From assembly GCA_963817895.1 (NCBI GenBank), contig CAWFQB010000001.1, positions 1,152,001 through 1,216,000 on the forward strand: a stretch of DNA of 64,000 bases. Direction: 5' to 3'. This DNA comes from an uncultured Chthonomonadaceae bacterium. GTDB lineage: Bacteria; Armatimonadota; Chthonomonadetes; Chthonomonadales; Chthonomonadaceae. The position numbers and the translations under genes are program-made. Position 1 is the stretch's first letter. Each line of letters begins with the position of its first letter. Shown here piece after piece: positions 30,949-41,874 of this stretch. Under the pieces are notes generated by a model. That model did no database searches, was not told the DNA's origin, and saw only the letters and a list, made by a program, of their open reading frames with translations.

Positions 30949-31707
30949 ATGACTTCTGCGCATAGCGATGTTCTCAACCCTCAACCTTCAACCCTCAACC
31001 CCCTGCAAGTCCGCTGGCTTGGAACAGTGGATTATCAGGCCGCGTGGGATTTGCAGAAAGAGCTTGCCGCGCGGCGATTGGCGAACAAGATTGGCGACAC
31101 CCTGCTGCTGCTGGAACATCCGCCCACGCTCACGCTCGGACGCGCTTCCCATGCAGAACATCTGCTCGCCACGACGGAACAACTGGAACGGGAACAGATT
31201 GCCGTCATTGAGGTAGACCGGGGCGGCGACATCACCTATCACGGGCCGGGGCAGCTTGTCGGCTATCCCATTCTGAACCTGCGCGAACCGCCGCACACGC
31301 CCGACCTGCACCTGTATTTGCGCCATCTGGAAGAGGTTCTTATACAAACGCTGGCGCAGTTCAATGTTGACGCCGACCGCTTTCCGGGCTACACGGGCGT
31401 TTGGGTGGGCATGGACACGCCCAAGCCCCGTAAAATCGCCGCCATTGGCGTAAAATCCAGTCGCTGGATCACGCAGCACGGTTTCGCGCTCAACGTCTGC
31501 CCCGACCTGTCGCATTTCAATTTGATTGTCCCCTGCGGCATCCGCGAGTACGGCGTCACGTCCCTGTCGAAGCATCTTGGAATTCCCATTTTAACGACAG
31601 ACGTTCTGCCCAAAGTGACCGCCGCATTTCAAGAAGTATTCGGATACAGAGAAATTTTGATAGATTCTTCTCTCACTCTCCACTCTCCACTCTCCACTTC
31701 TACTTGA
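30949..31707 (+). CDS. lipB: Octanoyltransferase LipB
   Basis: LLLEHPP..TLGR, DRGGDITYHGPGQLVGYPI, KIAAIG, HGFALN, IVPCG. Confidence 0.95.
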   Translation: MTSAHSDVLNPQPSTLNPLQVRWLGTVDYQAAWDLQKELAARRLANKIGDTLLLLEHPPTLTLGRASHAEHLLATTEQLEREQIAVIEVDRGGDITYHGPGQLVGYPILNLREPPHTPDLHLYLRHLEEVLIQTLAQFNVDADRFPGYTGVWVGMDTPKPRKIAAIGVKSSRWITQHGFALNVCPDLSHFNLIVPCGIREYGVTSLSKHLGIPILTTDVLPKVTAAFQEVFGYREILIDSSLTLHSPLSTST

Positions 31708-31733
31708 CACGCCGCCGCGCTTTGGTGTATGCT
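31704..31733 (+). promoter_or_regulatory. Candidate tig promoter
   Basis: TTGACA, 18-nt spacer, TATGCT. Confidence 0.5.
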
Positions 31734-31877
31734 ACAAGTTAAACCACTACCTTTGTCTTTTTTGGAGTGTATCAGGATACCGGCGCAGCGTCCCACCTGT
31801 CTTGCGACATTGCGGACAAGGTTGCCCCGCGTATCCTCTGTTTTTGCCCTATCCCACTAGAAGGAACGTAAACCGTC

Positions 31878-33413
31878 ATGCAGGTCACTGCCGAGCATCC
31901 TGATCCCTGTACCGTCGTGCTGGACATTAACGTAGATGAACAGCAGGTAACGCAGGCTTTTGAAGCCGCTTATAGAGAATTTGGCCGCTATGCCAACGTG
32001 CCGGGCTTCCGGCCCGGCAAAGCGCCCCGCGCCATTGTGGAGCGCTACGTCAACAAAGAGAAAGTGCGCCAGCACGCGCTGGAAAAGGTGATCCGCGACA
32101 GTTACTTTCAGGCGCTGCAAGAGCAGGACATCACCCCCTATCGCGACCCGAACATCGAACCCACCGATTTGCAGGACAAAAAAGGCTACGTCTACAAGGC
32201 CACCGTCCCGCTGGAACCGCAGATCACGCTGGGCGATTATACCGGACTGGCCGTAGACAAGCCCGTTTACAAAGTCACGGACGAAAACGTTGACGAGCGG
32301 CTGACCGCCCTGCGCGAAGAGCGCGCCCGCCTGGAGCGCGTTGCCGACCGGGGCGTGGAACCCGGCGACATTCTCATCGCGGAACAGCAGGTAATTGTGG
32401 AGGGCGATGAGGGCGAACCCACGCCCATGCGCCGCCAGCTTATTCAGCTTGGCAACAACATTCCCGGCTACGATGACGCCGTGATGGGCATGGCTATCGG
32501 CGAGGAGCGAACCTTCGAGCTGCCCTTCCCCGACGACCACGAGGACGAGGACAAGCAGGGCAAGCAGGCCAAATACACGGTCAAACTCAGCAGCATCAGC
32601 GCGAAGAAAATGCCGGAACTCAACGACGACTTCGCCATCCTCATCGGCGCGGGCGAAACCGTCGAGGAACTGCGCGAACAGATTCGCAGCCGTTTGCAGG
32701 CCGAAGCCGACCAGTATGGCGAACAGATCGCCGAACAGCGCCTGTTCGACCAGATACTCGCGGGTTCCACCATCTATTTCCCCGAAGTGCTGGTGCGCGA
32801 GGAAGTGGAAGACAACCTGCGCCAACTGTCGCAAAAACTGCGGCAGAGCAATGTCGGCTACGGGCAGTACCTGCAAAGTCTGGGCGGCATCTCCCCCGAA
32901 CAGCATCAGGCGGGATTGGCGCAGCAGGCTTCGCTTCAAATTCAGACTCTGCTCGCCCTGCGCGAAATCAGCATACAGGAAGATTTGCAGGCAACCGATG
33001 AACAGGTAGACGCGGAATTCGACCGACTGCTCAACGAAGGCACGTTGGAAGAGGAGCAGTACGCCGAGTTCAAAGCCGACGGGCGCCGCCGCTTGCAGGT
33101 TGCCAACGCCCTGATTCAGCAGCGCCTGCACGATTTCTTATTCTCGCACAACACCATCAACGAGGTCGAGCAGTCTACCATGCCCGATCCCGAAGAGATG
33201 GAAGACGCCATGGAAGACGCCGAAGCGATTGCCGCCGATGGCCTGACCGACAGCGACGATTCCGGCGTAGGGGCGATAAACGCGGAAGCAGCAGACAACG
33301 GCCTGCAAACGCCCGAACTCGGCAATGACGGTTCCAGCAGCGACAACAGCAGCGAAACGCCCGTTGTCGGCGCGGCGGAAACCACCACCGAAGGCACGGT
33401 CAAGACGGATTAG
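31878..33413 (+). CDS. tig: Trigger factor
   Basis: VPGFRPGKAP signature and FKBP-like domain. Upstream of clpP-clpX. Confidence 0.95.
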   Translation: MQVTAEHPDPCTVVLDINVDEQQVTQAFEAAYREFGRYANVPGFRPGKAPRAIVERYVNKEKVRQHALEKVIRDSYFQALQEQDITPYRDPNIEPTDLQDKKGYVYKATVPLEPQITLGDYTGLAVDKPVYKVTDENVDERLTALREERARLERVADRGVEPGDILIAEQQVIVEGDEGEPTPMRRQLIQLGNNIPGYDDAVMGMAIGEERTFELPFPDDHEDEDKQGKQAKYTVKLSSISAKKMPELNDDFAILIGAGETVEELREQIRSRLQAEADQYGEQIAEQRLFDQILAGSTIYFPEVLVREEVEDNLRQLSQKLRQSNVGYGQYLQSLGGISPEQHQAGLAQQASLQIQTLLALREISIQEDLQATDEQVDAEFDRLLNEGTLEEEQYAEFKADGRRRLQVANALIQQRLHDFLFSHNTINEVEQSTMPDPEEMEDAMEDAEAIAADGLTDSDDSGVGAINAEAADNGLQTPELGNDGSSSDNSSETPVVGAAETTTEGTVKTD

Positions 33414-33424
33414 GAGAGTGGCTG

Positions 33425-33522
33425 GAGGCTAGTGGCTAGTGGCTAGTTGAAGCGCCACTGGTTACAAGGCTAGTTGCGTAAACGGTAACAGGTGAGGCAT
33501 ACTAGCCACTAGCCTCTAGCCA
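33425..33522. repeat. Inverted heptamer arrays (GGCTAGT)n / (ACTAGCC)n
   Basis: Seen in the tig-clpP spacer. Confidence 0.75.
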
Positions 33523-33541
33523 CTTGTAAGGAGTAACAAAC

Positions 33542-34201
33542 ATGGATCGCATTCAACGTCCGCCTTATGCCGGAATCGAGCGCGGAAGCGCGTGGGACTC
33601 TATTCCCCGCGCCGGAGCGCAAAACGTCATTCCGATGGTTGTGGAGCAGTCGGCGCGGGGCGAACGCGCGTATGACATCTATTCGCGCCTGCTCAAAGAG
33701 CGCATCATCTTCATCGGCGAACCCGTCACCGATCATCTTGCCAACCTCGTTATCGCCGAACTGCTGTTTCTGGAAAAAGAGGACCCGGACGCTGACATTG
33801 ACATCTACATCAACAGTCCGGGCGGTAGCGTGTCGGCGGGGCTGGCGATGTACGACGTGATGCAGATGATCAAGTGCGACGTGGCGACCATTTGCGTCGG
33901 GCTTGCCGCTTCGATGGGCGCGGTGCTGCTGGCGGGCGGACATGCGGGCAAGCGCTACGCCCTGCCCAACGCCCGCATCATGATTCACGCCGTTTCGGGC
34001 GGCTACGAGGGAACCGTGCAGGATGCCGAAATCCGCCTGAAAGAGATGGTGCGGATGCACGACAGCCTCAACGAAATCCTCGCCCGCCATACCGGCCAGC
34101 CCTACGACAAAGTGCGCCGCGACATGGATCGCGACTACTTCATGTCCCCGCAGGAAGCCCTGGAATACGGCGTCATAGACAAAATCACCGAAAAAAAGTA
34201 G
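33542..34201 (+). CDS. clpP: ATP-dependent Clp protease proteolytic subunit
   Basis: [39 protein letters not shown]. Confidence 0.97.
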   Translation: MDRIQRPPYAGIERGSAWDSIPRAGAQNVIPMVVEQSARGERAYDIYSRLLKERIIFIGEPVTDHLANLVIAELLFLEKEDPDADIDIYINSPGGSVSAGLAMYDVMQMIKCDVATICVGLAASMGAVLLAGGHAGKRYALPNARIMIHAVSGGYEGTVQDAEIRLKEMVRMHDSLNEILARHTGQPYDKVRRDMDRDYFMSPQEALEYGVIDKITEKK

Positions 34202-34248
34202 CAACGCCGTAGCGAATGAGTGAGTTTGCGCCGATAATGCAGAAGGAG

Positions 34249-34377
34249 GGTGTTCAGGTATTCAGGTGTTCGGGTGTTCAGGACAATGCAAGAGTGACAC
34301 GTTTGATTGAGCGCAACAAAGACTGCAATTTAGTTCCTGAACACCAAACACCTGAATACCTGAACACCTAAACACCC
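34249..34377. repeat. Inverted octamer arrays (GGTGTTCA)n / (TGAACACC)n
   Basis: Seen in the clpP-clpX spacer. Confidence 0.75.
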
Positions 34378-34396
34378 TCCTCGAAGGAGAACGCCT

Positions 34397-35695
34397 GTGC
34401 CCAGGGACTACGACCGCAATGAGGGTCGCATTGAGAGCCGCTGCCTGCTGTGCGGCAAAACGCGCGAACAGGTGAAGCGCTTGATACTGGGCGTACATGG
34501 CGGCGTGTGCCTGGATTGCGTGGATCGGTGCAACCATATCATTCAGCACGAGGGGTATGAGCCTGTGGACAAGCAGCGGCCCATCACCTGGGGCGCGCTT
34601 CCCAAACCCAAAGAGATTTACCGCATTTTGAGCCAGTACGTGGTCGGGCAGGAGCGCGCCAAACGCAACCTTGCCGTCGCGGTCTACAACCACTACAAGC
34701 GCATCAGCCACCCCTCCCCCGATGTGGAACTGCAAAAAAGCAATGTGCTTCTCATCGGGCCGACGGGTTCCGGCAAAACTCTGCTGGCGCAAACGCTGGC
34801 GAAAATTTTGCAGGTTCCGTTCGCCATTGCCGACGCCACCAGCCTGACCGAAGCGGGGTATGTGGGCGAGGACGTGGAAAACATCCTGCTCAAACTTCTG
34901 CAGGCGGCGGAAAGCCAGAACCCGAACGGCGGGCTGGAGCAGACGGTTAAAGCGGCGCAGCGCGGCATCATCTACATTGACGAAATAGATAAAATCACCC
35001 GCAAGTCGGAAAACCCCTCCATTACGCGGGACGTGAGCGGCGAGGGCGTCCAGCAGGCGTTGCTCAAAATGCTGGAAGGCACGGTCGCCAATGTGCCGCC
35101 GCAGGGTGGGCGCAAGCATCCGCAGCAGGAATACGTGCAGCTGGATACGACGAACGTGCTGTTCATTTGCGGCGGCGCGTTCGAGGGACTGGCCGACATC
35201 ATCGAGCGGCGCATCAATACGCGCACGATGGGCATCCGCAGCAACGTCGCCACCAAAGTGGAGCGCGAAGCCCAGAAGGGCAGCATTTTTCAGCACGTCA
35301 TGCCCGACGACCTGCTCAAGTTCGGCCTGATCCCGGAGTTCATCGGACGCCTGCCGGTCGTCGCCACACTCGACAGCCTGGACGAGGAGGCCCTGATCAA
35401 AATTCTGACGGAGCCGAAGAACGCGCTGATCAAGCAGTACCGCAAGTTCTTCGAGTACGACGGCGTGGAATTGGAGTTTACGCAGGGGGCGTTGCAGGCG
35501 ATTTCGCAGGAGGCCATGCAGCGCAGCACGGGCGCGCGCGCCCTGCGCACCATCATCGAAGAGGTGATGCTCAACATCATGTACGAAATACCCTCCGCCA
35601 AAGACATCCGCAAGTGCATCATCGAAGAGGAGACCGTCCGCGAACGCATGGACCCGATCATCATCACCGACAGCCAACTGCGTCAGGCGTCGTAA
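34397..35695 (+). CDS. clpX: ATP-dependent Clp protease ATP-binding subunit ClpX
   Basis: C4 zinc finger, [35 protein letters not shown]. Confidence 0.97.
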   Translation: MPRDYDRNEGRIESRCLLCGKTREQVKRLILGVHGGVCLDCVDRCNHIIQHEGYEPVDKQRPITWGALPKPKEIYRILSQYVVGQERAKRNLAVAVYNHYKRISHPSPDVELQKSNVLLIGPTGSGKTLLAQTLAKILQVPFAIADATSLTEAGYVGEDVENILLKLLQAAESQNPNGGLEQTVKAAQRGIIYIDEIDKITRKSENPSITRDVSGEGVQQALLKMLEGTVANVPPQGGRKHPQQEYVQLDTTNVLFICGGAFEGLADIIERRINTRTMGIRSNVATKVEREAQKGSIFQHVMPDDLLKFGLIPEFIGRLPVVATLDSLDEEALIKILTEPKNALIKQYRKFFEYDGVELEFTQGALQAISQEAMQRSTGARALRTIIEEVMLNIMYEIPSAKDIRKCIIEEETVRERMDPIIITDSQLRQAS

Positions 35696-35741
35696 GAAGA
35701 GAAAATCACGGGGAACACGGGAAACACGGGGGAGAAGAGAA

Positions 35742-35779
35742 GCAAAAAAGGGAGGGGCAAATTGCCCCTCCCTTTTTGC
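35742..35779. terminator. Bidirectional intrinsic terminator
   Basis: GCAAAAAAGGGAGGGGCAA-a-TTGCCCCTCCCTTTTTGC between convergent genes. Confidence 0.85.
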
Positions 35780-35792
35780 GCGTTGACGTAGT

Positions 35793-36795
35793 TTATTCCG
35801 GGAGAGATTCGGCCTGCTGCCATTGGGCTTTGAGGACGTCGCCGGAATTGCCCTGCGCGAGTTTTTCCTCATGAGCGAAATTTTTCAAATTCAACCGATC
35901 ATACGCCTGAAAACGCAGTACGTGTACCAGTGGGGATACAGATTTGTCCGTGAGCGGCGCGAGGGCTTGCAGCGCGTTGCTGTACAGTTTGAACTTGATG
36001 AGCATGGCCGCAATGGTTAAATCGCCCTCTTCCGCATCCGCGAAATCAACGCCTTTCAGCATGTCCAATCGTCGGATGATCTCCTTTTCTCCCGCCGCAG
36101 ACGCGATCGTAAATTCACCGGCGCGGAAAGTTCTGTTTCCGAGCGCGAAACCGTCCAGTGATAAACGGCTTTGGGTGTCAGCGGAGGCCGTTGGCAGGAT
36201 AGGCAATGTGGTCTTCCTGAACATCCTGCGATTGCCAGACAAGGACATCGTCGCTGTCATAAACCGCAATCTGTACCGGGCCGGGAGTACGCGCCCGCCA
36301 TGTAAAGGTCAAGTTCTGCTGCAAGGTTGTCTTTTTCGGCAGCAGGGCTTCCAATGGCGGCGGCGGGACGCCGCGCACCGCCGCCTGTGTGTTACGGCTC
36401 GCGTCGGCAAGTCCCGCCCGTTGATCGTCGAATACGGCGCGCATCAGGCGCGACTTGACATCGTTGCTCGGACCTGTGGGCGGCGCGACGCGACGCTGCG
36501 CGGGCGGGTCGGCGGGGGTGTAGGTCTGCGTCTGCCCCGTGCTGACAAACCGCGCCATCAGTTTACCGCCAGCCGGAATGGTCAGCATATCCCCGGCGAA
36601 TAATGGGCTGAAACGCTCTAAGGGACGTGGGGCGGCTGCGCCGGATTGCGCCGTCGGTTTACCCTGCATCTGCGCCACATACGCGATGGAAGCGCGGCCC
36701 ACTTCGGACGCCCGCGCCATGCTGCCCGTCGTCAGCGCCAGTACCCACATCAGCAACCCCGCCCATGCGGTTCGTGTTCTTGCTTGCATAGCCAT
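35793..36795 (-). CDS. Secreted hypothetical protein (DUF928-like), frameshift near 36190
   Basis: Signal peptide, AAVRG..LLP..T..LTFTW pattern. Continues into ORF 35793..36269. Confidence 0.55.
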
Positions 36796-37137
36796 TCCTT
36801 TTTATAACTTAATCCGTCTTCGGGAACAGAGGACAGTACGGCACAATAGAACTCTCGGTTTACAGTATGCGTTTGTACCTGTGTATTCGCGATGCGGAAC
36901 CATTCTCCTGCCTGCCGAATACGGGTTTTCTATCCGCGCGCCGGACTGACGGCAGGAATACACAGGGTTGGAAAGAGCGTTTCCGAGGGCCGTCGCGGGC
37001 CTTACCAGAAGCGTCGCTTTCCGGGTATCAGGTCGAGGGACGGGAATTGCGTCGTGGCTCCCGTATCCCTCTGTCGCTGATGTATTTAGTATAACCCACT
37101 TTCGCCCCTGCGTCCGTGAAGCCCATCACGCTTCGAG

Positions 37138-37153
37138 TGTAAACCGCGTCACA
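37138..37153. promoter_or_regulatory. CRP/NtcA-family-like site
   Basis: TGTAA-N6-TCACA, one mismatch from TGTGA-N6-TCACA, upstream of the nitrate genes. Confidence 0.35.
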
Positions 37154-37260
37154 ACAAAACAAAAAGAAGCGGCGTGTTCCGCCGTGAAAAGATTCTTGCG
37201 CGAGGTTCTGGAAATAATACGGAAACAATGCGCCGGTATACTATCCCATAGAGTTGCTTT

Positions 37261-37331
37261 GCATTGACGCGAAGTTCCTCTGCCTGCATGGACGCTTTTC
37301 CGCGCTGATGCCCCCTTTTGGCGATGACGCC
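37261..37331 (+). promoter_or_regulatory. Four GC-N6-GC mini-hairpins, ANTAR-target-like leader
   Basis: GCATTGACGC, GCATGGACGC, GCGCTGATGC and GGCGATGACGCC. All loops have G at position 4. Confidence 0.45.
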
Positions 37332-37458
37332 TTTCACCTGTTTCCGGCCCTTGCCGACATTTCACTGGAAGGGTTTTTGCCGCCATGCGCGACACGCCTG
37401 CATCTTCCGCTTCCACTGCTCCCATTATTACCGAAACGCGCCTCGAATCGTTGCTGCG

Positions 37459-37839
37459 ATTGGGCAGGCCACGCCCCGTTTTTTGCAGGGCGTGTATCCG
37501 TTCGCGGGGCGCGGCGTATACGAACTTGCCCCGCTTCATGACGAACTGACATACATTGTTCCCGCCGCGCAGTACGGCGCAAATCGTGTACTTTCGCGCA
37601 GGCAATCTTGCCGACGACCTGATTTATCTCACCGCTTTCCGCCAACGGTTCCCCCGTCCGCTATTTCCCTGTCGGTCCCAAAGCCGATCTGCATGTGCCG
37701 CTTGCCATTGTGGAGAGTTATCCCGTCCGGCACGCGACTGCAAATCTGCTTTGCCGCCCCGCGCGGCCTGACCGGAACCGTGATTGTGGATGTCGGCATT
37801 GTGGAAATGGCTGCCGACGCCGACGCGGAGGGGAACTGA
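37459..37839 (+). CDS. Small protein associated with assimilatory nitrate reductase, frameshifted
   Basis: Frames join to TPRFLQGVYPF.G.G..LTYIVP..AQIVYFRAGN..RYFPVGPK..HVPLAIVE..GTVIVDVGIVE. Start uncertain. Confidence 0.7.
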   Translation: MGQATPRFLQGVYPFAGRGVYELAPLHDELTYIVPAAQYGANRVLSRRQSCRRPDLSHRFPPTVPPSAISLSVPKPICMCRLPLWRVIPSGTRLQICFAAPRGLTGTVIVDVGIVEMAADADAEGN

Positions 37840-37840
37840 C

Positions 37841-39981
37841 ATGCCCTCCACCTCGACCCACTGCCCGTATTGCGCCCTGCAATGCGGCATGAGGCTCGTC
37901 ACGCGCAATGAAGAAACCGTTGTCGCCGCCGACCCCGATTTCCCCACCAACAAGGGCGGATTGTGCCAGAAGGGCTGGACTTCCGCCGAACTGCTGCGGC
38001 ATCCCGACCGGCTGACCACGCCCCTGATGCGCCTGCGCCGCGACCTGCCGCTTGAACCCGTGTCGTGGGAAATTGCGCTTGAGCGTATTGCGAACAGAAG
38101 TTCAGCAGGCGCAGGCGCAGTACGGGCGGGACGCGGTTGGCGTGTTCGGCGGCGGCGGACTGACCAATGAGACCGCGTACCTGCTCGGCAAATTCGCCCG
38201 CGTCGCCCTGCAAACCGCCAATATAGATTACAACGGGCGCTTCTGCATGTCGTCCGCGGCGGCGGCGAACATCAAGGCGTTCGGAATGGACCGGGGGATG
38301 CCGTTTCCGCTCGAAGATATTGCCGACGCCGACGCGATTTTGCTGGTGGGCAGCAACGCGGCGGAAACCATGCCGCCCATCATGCAGTATTTCGAGGCGC
38401 AAAAGCGAAAGGGCGGCGCGTTGATTGTCGTTGACCCCCGCGCCACCCCGACCGCGCTGCAGGCCACTCTGCATCTGCAAATCACGCCCGGAACCGATCT
38501 CGCGCTTGCCAACGGCCTGCTGCATATCGCGGCAGCGGACGGCCTGCTGGATCAGGAGTTTATTGCAGGCGCGAACGGCAGGCTTCGAGGGCGTTCGCCG
38601 CGTGCTCGCGTCCTCGTGGCCGGATCGCATCGAGCGGATTACGGGCGTATCGGCGCGGGACATGACGCAGGCGGTTCATCTGCTTGCCAACGCCGAACGC
38701 GCCCTGATTTTGACGGCGCGGGGCGCGGAACAGCACAGCAAGGGCGTGGATACGGTTCTGGCATGGATCAATCTCGCGCTTGGCTTGGGCAAGGCGGGCA
38801 AAGAGGGCTGTGGCTACGGCTGTTTGACCGGGCAGGGCAACGGGCAGGGCGGGCGCGAACACGGCCAGAAAGCCGACCAACTGCCCGGCTACCGCAAGAT
38901 TGACAACCCCGAACACCGCGCCCATATCGCTCGCGTGTGGGGCATTGACCCGGAAGATTTGCCGGGCGCGGGACGTTCCGCCTACGAAATGCTGGACACG
39001 ATGGGAACGGAGGGCGGCGTTCGCGCCCTGCTCGTCATGGCGTCCAATCCCGTCGTATCCGCGCCCCGCGCCGGACATGTGAAAGAGCGATTGGACGCGC
39101 TGGACTTTCTGGCTGTCAGCGACATTTTTCTGTCGGAAACGGCGGAACGGGCGGACGTGGTTCTTCCCGTCGACGCAATGGGCCGAAGACGAAGGCACGA
39201 TGACCAATCTGGAAGGGCGCGTTCTGCATGCGCCAACAGGCCGATTACGCCCCCGGACGGCGTCCGTTCCGATACGCAGATACTTGCCGCGATTGCCGAA
39301 ACGATTGGGCAAAGGCCGTTTCTTCCCCCCGGAACCCCGCGCGATTTTCGACGAACTGCGCCGCGCCAGTCAGGGCGGCGCGGCGGACTACAGCGGCATC
39401 ACTTACGAGCGCATTGAGCGGAAAACGGCGTGTTCTGGCCCTGTCCCGATACGCACCGATACGAACTCTCCGGCATTCCGCCACGTCCCCGAACGCCGCA
39501 TCCGGGTACGCCGCGCCTGTTCCTGGACCAATTCGCCACCCCCGACGGCCGCGCCCGCTTTCACGCCGTTTCCCACCGCCCCGCAGCCGAAGAACCGGAC
39601 GACGAGTATCCGCTGTATCTCACGACCGGGCGCGTGATGGCGCAGTACCAGTCGGGAACGCAGACCCGGCGCGTAACGTCCCTGCGCGATATGCATGCCC
39701 GAACCCCTTGTGGAATTGCATCCGCTTCTGGCCCGCCGCTTCACAATTGCCGAAGGCGACGCGGTGCAGGTGCAGACCCGGCGCGGCGAAGTGCGAAGCC
39801 CGCGCCCGCCTGACGGCTGCCATTCGGCAGGACACCATTTTCCTGCCGTTTCACTGGGGCGGCAAAGGCAGCGCGAACCTGCTCACCAATCCTGCCCTCG
39901 ACCCGGTTTCCAAAATGCCGGAATTCAAAATATGCGCCGCGCGAATCTCGAGACTGTGCAGGACATTATCGCAGAATGTAA
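37841..39981 (+). CDS. Assimilatory nitrate reductase catalytic subunit (molybdopterin oxidoreductase), multiple frameshifts
   Basis: THCPYCALQCG..LCQKG Fe-S motif, IDYNGRFCMSSA, TGQGNGQGGREHGQKADQLPGYR, LTTGR..YQSGTQTRR, DPVSKMPEFK. End approximate. Confidence 0.9.
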
Positions 39982-40052
39982 CTACATGCGTGTCTGCCAT
40001 AGAATTCCCGAAGGACATCCGGACGTATTTGATCTCCAAAAAGGAGCCAACT

Positions 40053-41707
40053 ATGCGACCTGCGAGAACTTAAAACCAGTGGACACGCGCCCTCGCTGTT
40101 CGCCGCGTTCGTTCACTTCGACATCTCTTTTATGGTGTGGGTGATTTTGGGCGCACTGATGCCCTACATCGCCAATGACGCCGGATTGACCGGCGCAAAC
40201 CTCAGAATCACGCCCACCGCGCAGGTTCGCGCGTCCGGGCAATATACCATCATCATCAAAGGCCCGCAAACCGTCAAAGACAATCCGAAACTGAAGGCCG
40301 ATCAGCCCCACACGGTGTACAACCTGCTTGTCAAACCCGGCAGTCCCGCGCAGGCCACGCGGGCAAGCGTCCTGCCTGTCGAAAAATACGTGCTGGACAA
40401 CGCGAACCCCGCCACGCTTGCCACTCTCAACGCCCACTCGCAACTGATTCAGGTGGCTATGGACGCGGGCGCGAAGGGCAACCCGAATGAAAACGTCCTC
40501 GCGCTCGAATCCGCTGCCGGACTCGATAAAGCCGGAAAGACGTTTCAAACGGTCGCCAACGGCTATCCCGCTGCTGTCAAACTCGCGCTTGTCGGGCTTC
40601 CGCTTCTGGCGGCAGGCTTCTGGCGGCATGCTGCTCGGCCTTCTGGTAGACCGCTTCAATTCCCGGCGCGTGGGAATCGCGTCGCTCATCGTAACCCTGC
40701 TGCCGCTCGGCATCGGCTGGCAAATGGGCGGAACCTACGCTTCCCTGTTGTGCATCGGCTTCTTCTTAGGCGTAGCGGGCGCGTCGTTTGCCGTGTCCCT
40801 TCCGCTCGCGTCGCGCTGGTATCCGCCGCATTTGCAGGGCGTGGCGATGGGATTGGCGGGCATGGGCAATTCCGGCACGGTAATGGCGACGATTTGCGCC
40901 CCGATGCTGGCAAAAACATTCGGCTGGCACGTCGTTATGGGGCTGCTCGCGATTCCGGTGTTGCTCACGCTTGCCGTGTTCACCCTGCTTGCCAAAGACC
41001 CGCCCGTTACGGGACGGGGTTCCAAACTGAAGGATTATATGGCGGTGCTTGCCACGCCGGATGCGTGGTGGTTCTGCGCGTTGTATTTCGTCACGTTCGG
41101 CGGGTTTGTCGGGCTGTCGAGCTTTTTCAACACGTTCTTCGTGGATCAGTACGACGCGCCCAAAGCTGCCGTCGGGCTGTGGACATGGCCGTTTATTCTG
41201 GCCGGTTCCCTGATCCGTCCCATTGGCGGCGCGCTGGCGGATCGCATCGGCGGCATCCGCATGTTGACCCTGCTATATGCGGTAGTGACGGTTTGCGCGT
41301 TGGGCGTCGGCCTGTTCCTGCATAACTTCCCGATGGCCTGCGCCTTGCTGTTCGTGCTGATGGCGTGTCTGGGTATGGGCAACGGTTCCGTGTTTCAGCT
41401 TGTGCCGCAGCGTTTCAAAAAGGAGATCGGCGTAATGACCGGGCTTGTCGGCGCGGCGGGCGGCGTGGGCGGCTACTATCTCAACTTCGCGCTCGGACAC
41501 CTGCATGACGCGACCGGCACATACGCCAGCGGCTTTTACGCTTTCGCGGCTATCGCTCTGGCGGCGTTTGTCATTCTGCGCGTGGTATCCCCCGGCTGGA
41601 TGCGCTCGTGGCTCGGCAAAGGCGGCGTCGCCCACTCCCCCGAAACCTTGCCCTACGACCACGCCATTGTAACCATCTCCGCGCCCGTTCTGGAACCTGT
41701 CGGCTAA
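40053..41707 (+). CDS. NarK/NasA-type nitrate/nitrite MFS transporter, frameshifted, with large loop insertion
   Basis: GHAPSLFAAFVHFDISFMVW, GVAGASFAVSLPLASRWYPP, YFVTFGGFVG, GMGNGSVFQLVPQRF. Confidence 0.9.
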
Positions 41708-41874
41708 CATTGGGTTTTCTCTATACGCGCAAGCGCCAAACAGTGAAACCGCCTTGAAAATAATTTTCAGGTCAGGAAGTCAGGAAGGAAAAGAACCCGA
41801 TGAACACGAAAGACAAGCGCATAGACTACGCTGTCAAAATATGTCATCCAAAATTCAAGTGAGCAGGAGAGTTC

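Noticed and set aside
34262..35872. Long antisense ORFs (for example 536 aa opposite clpX, 424 aa opposite tig, 402 aa at 61739)
   Set aside because: Shadow ORFs expected from GC-rich codon usage opposite well-supported genes.
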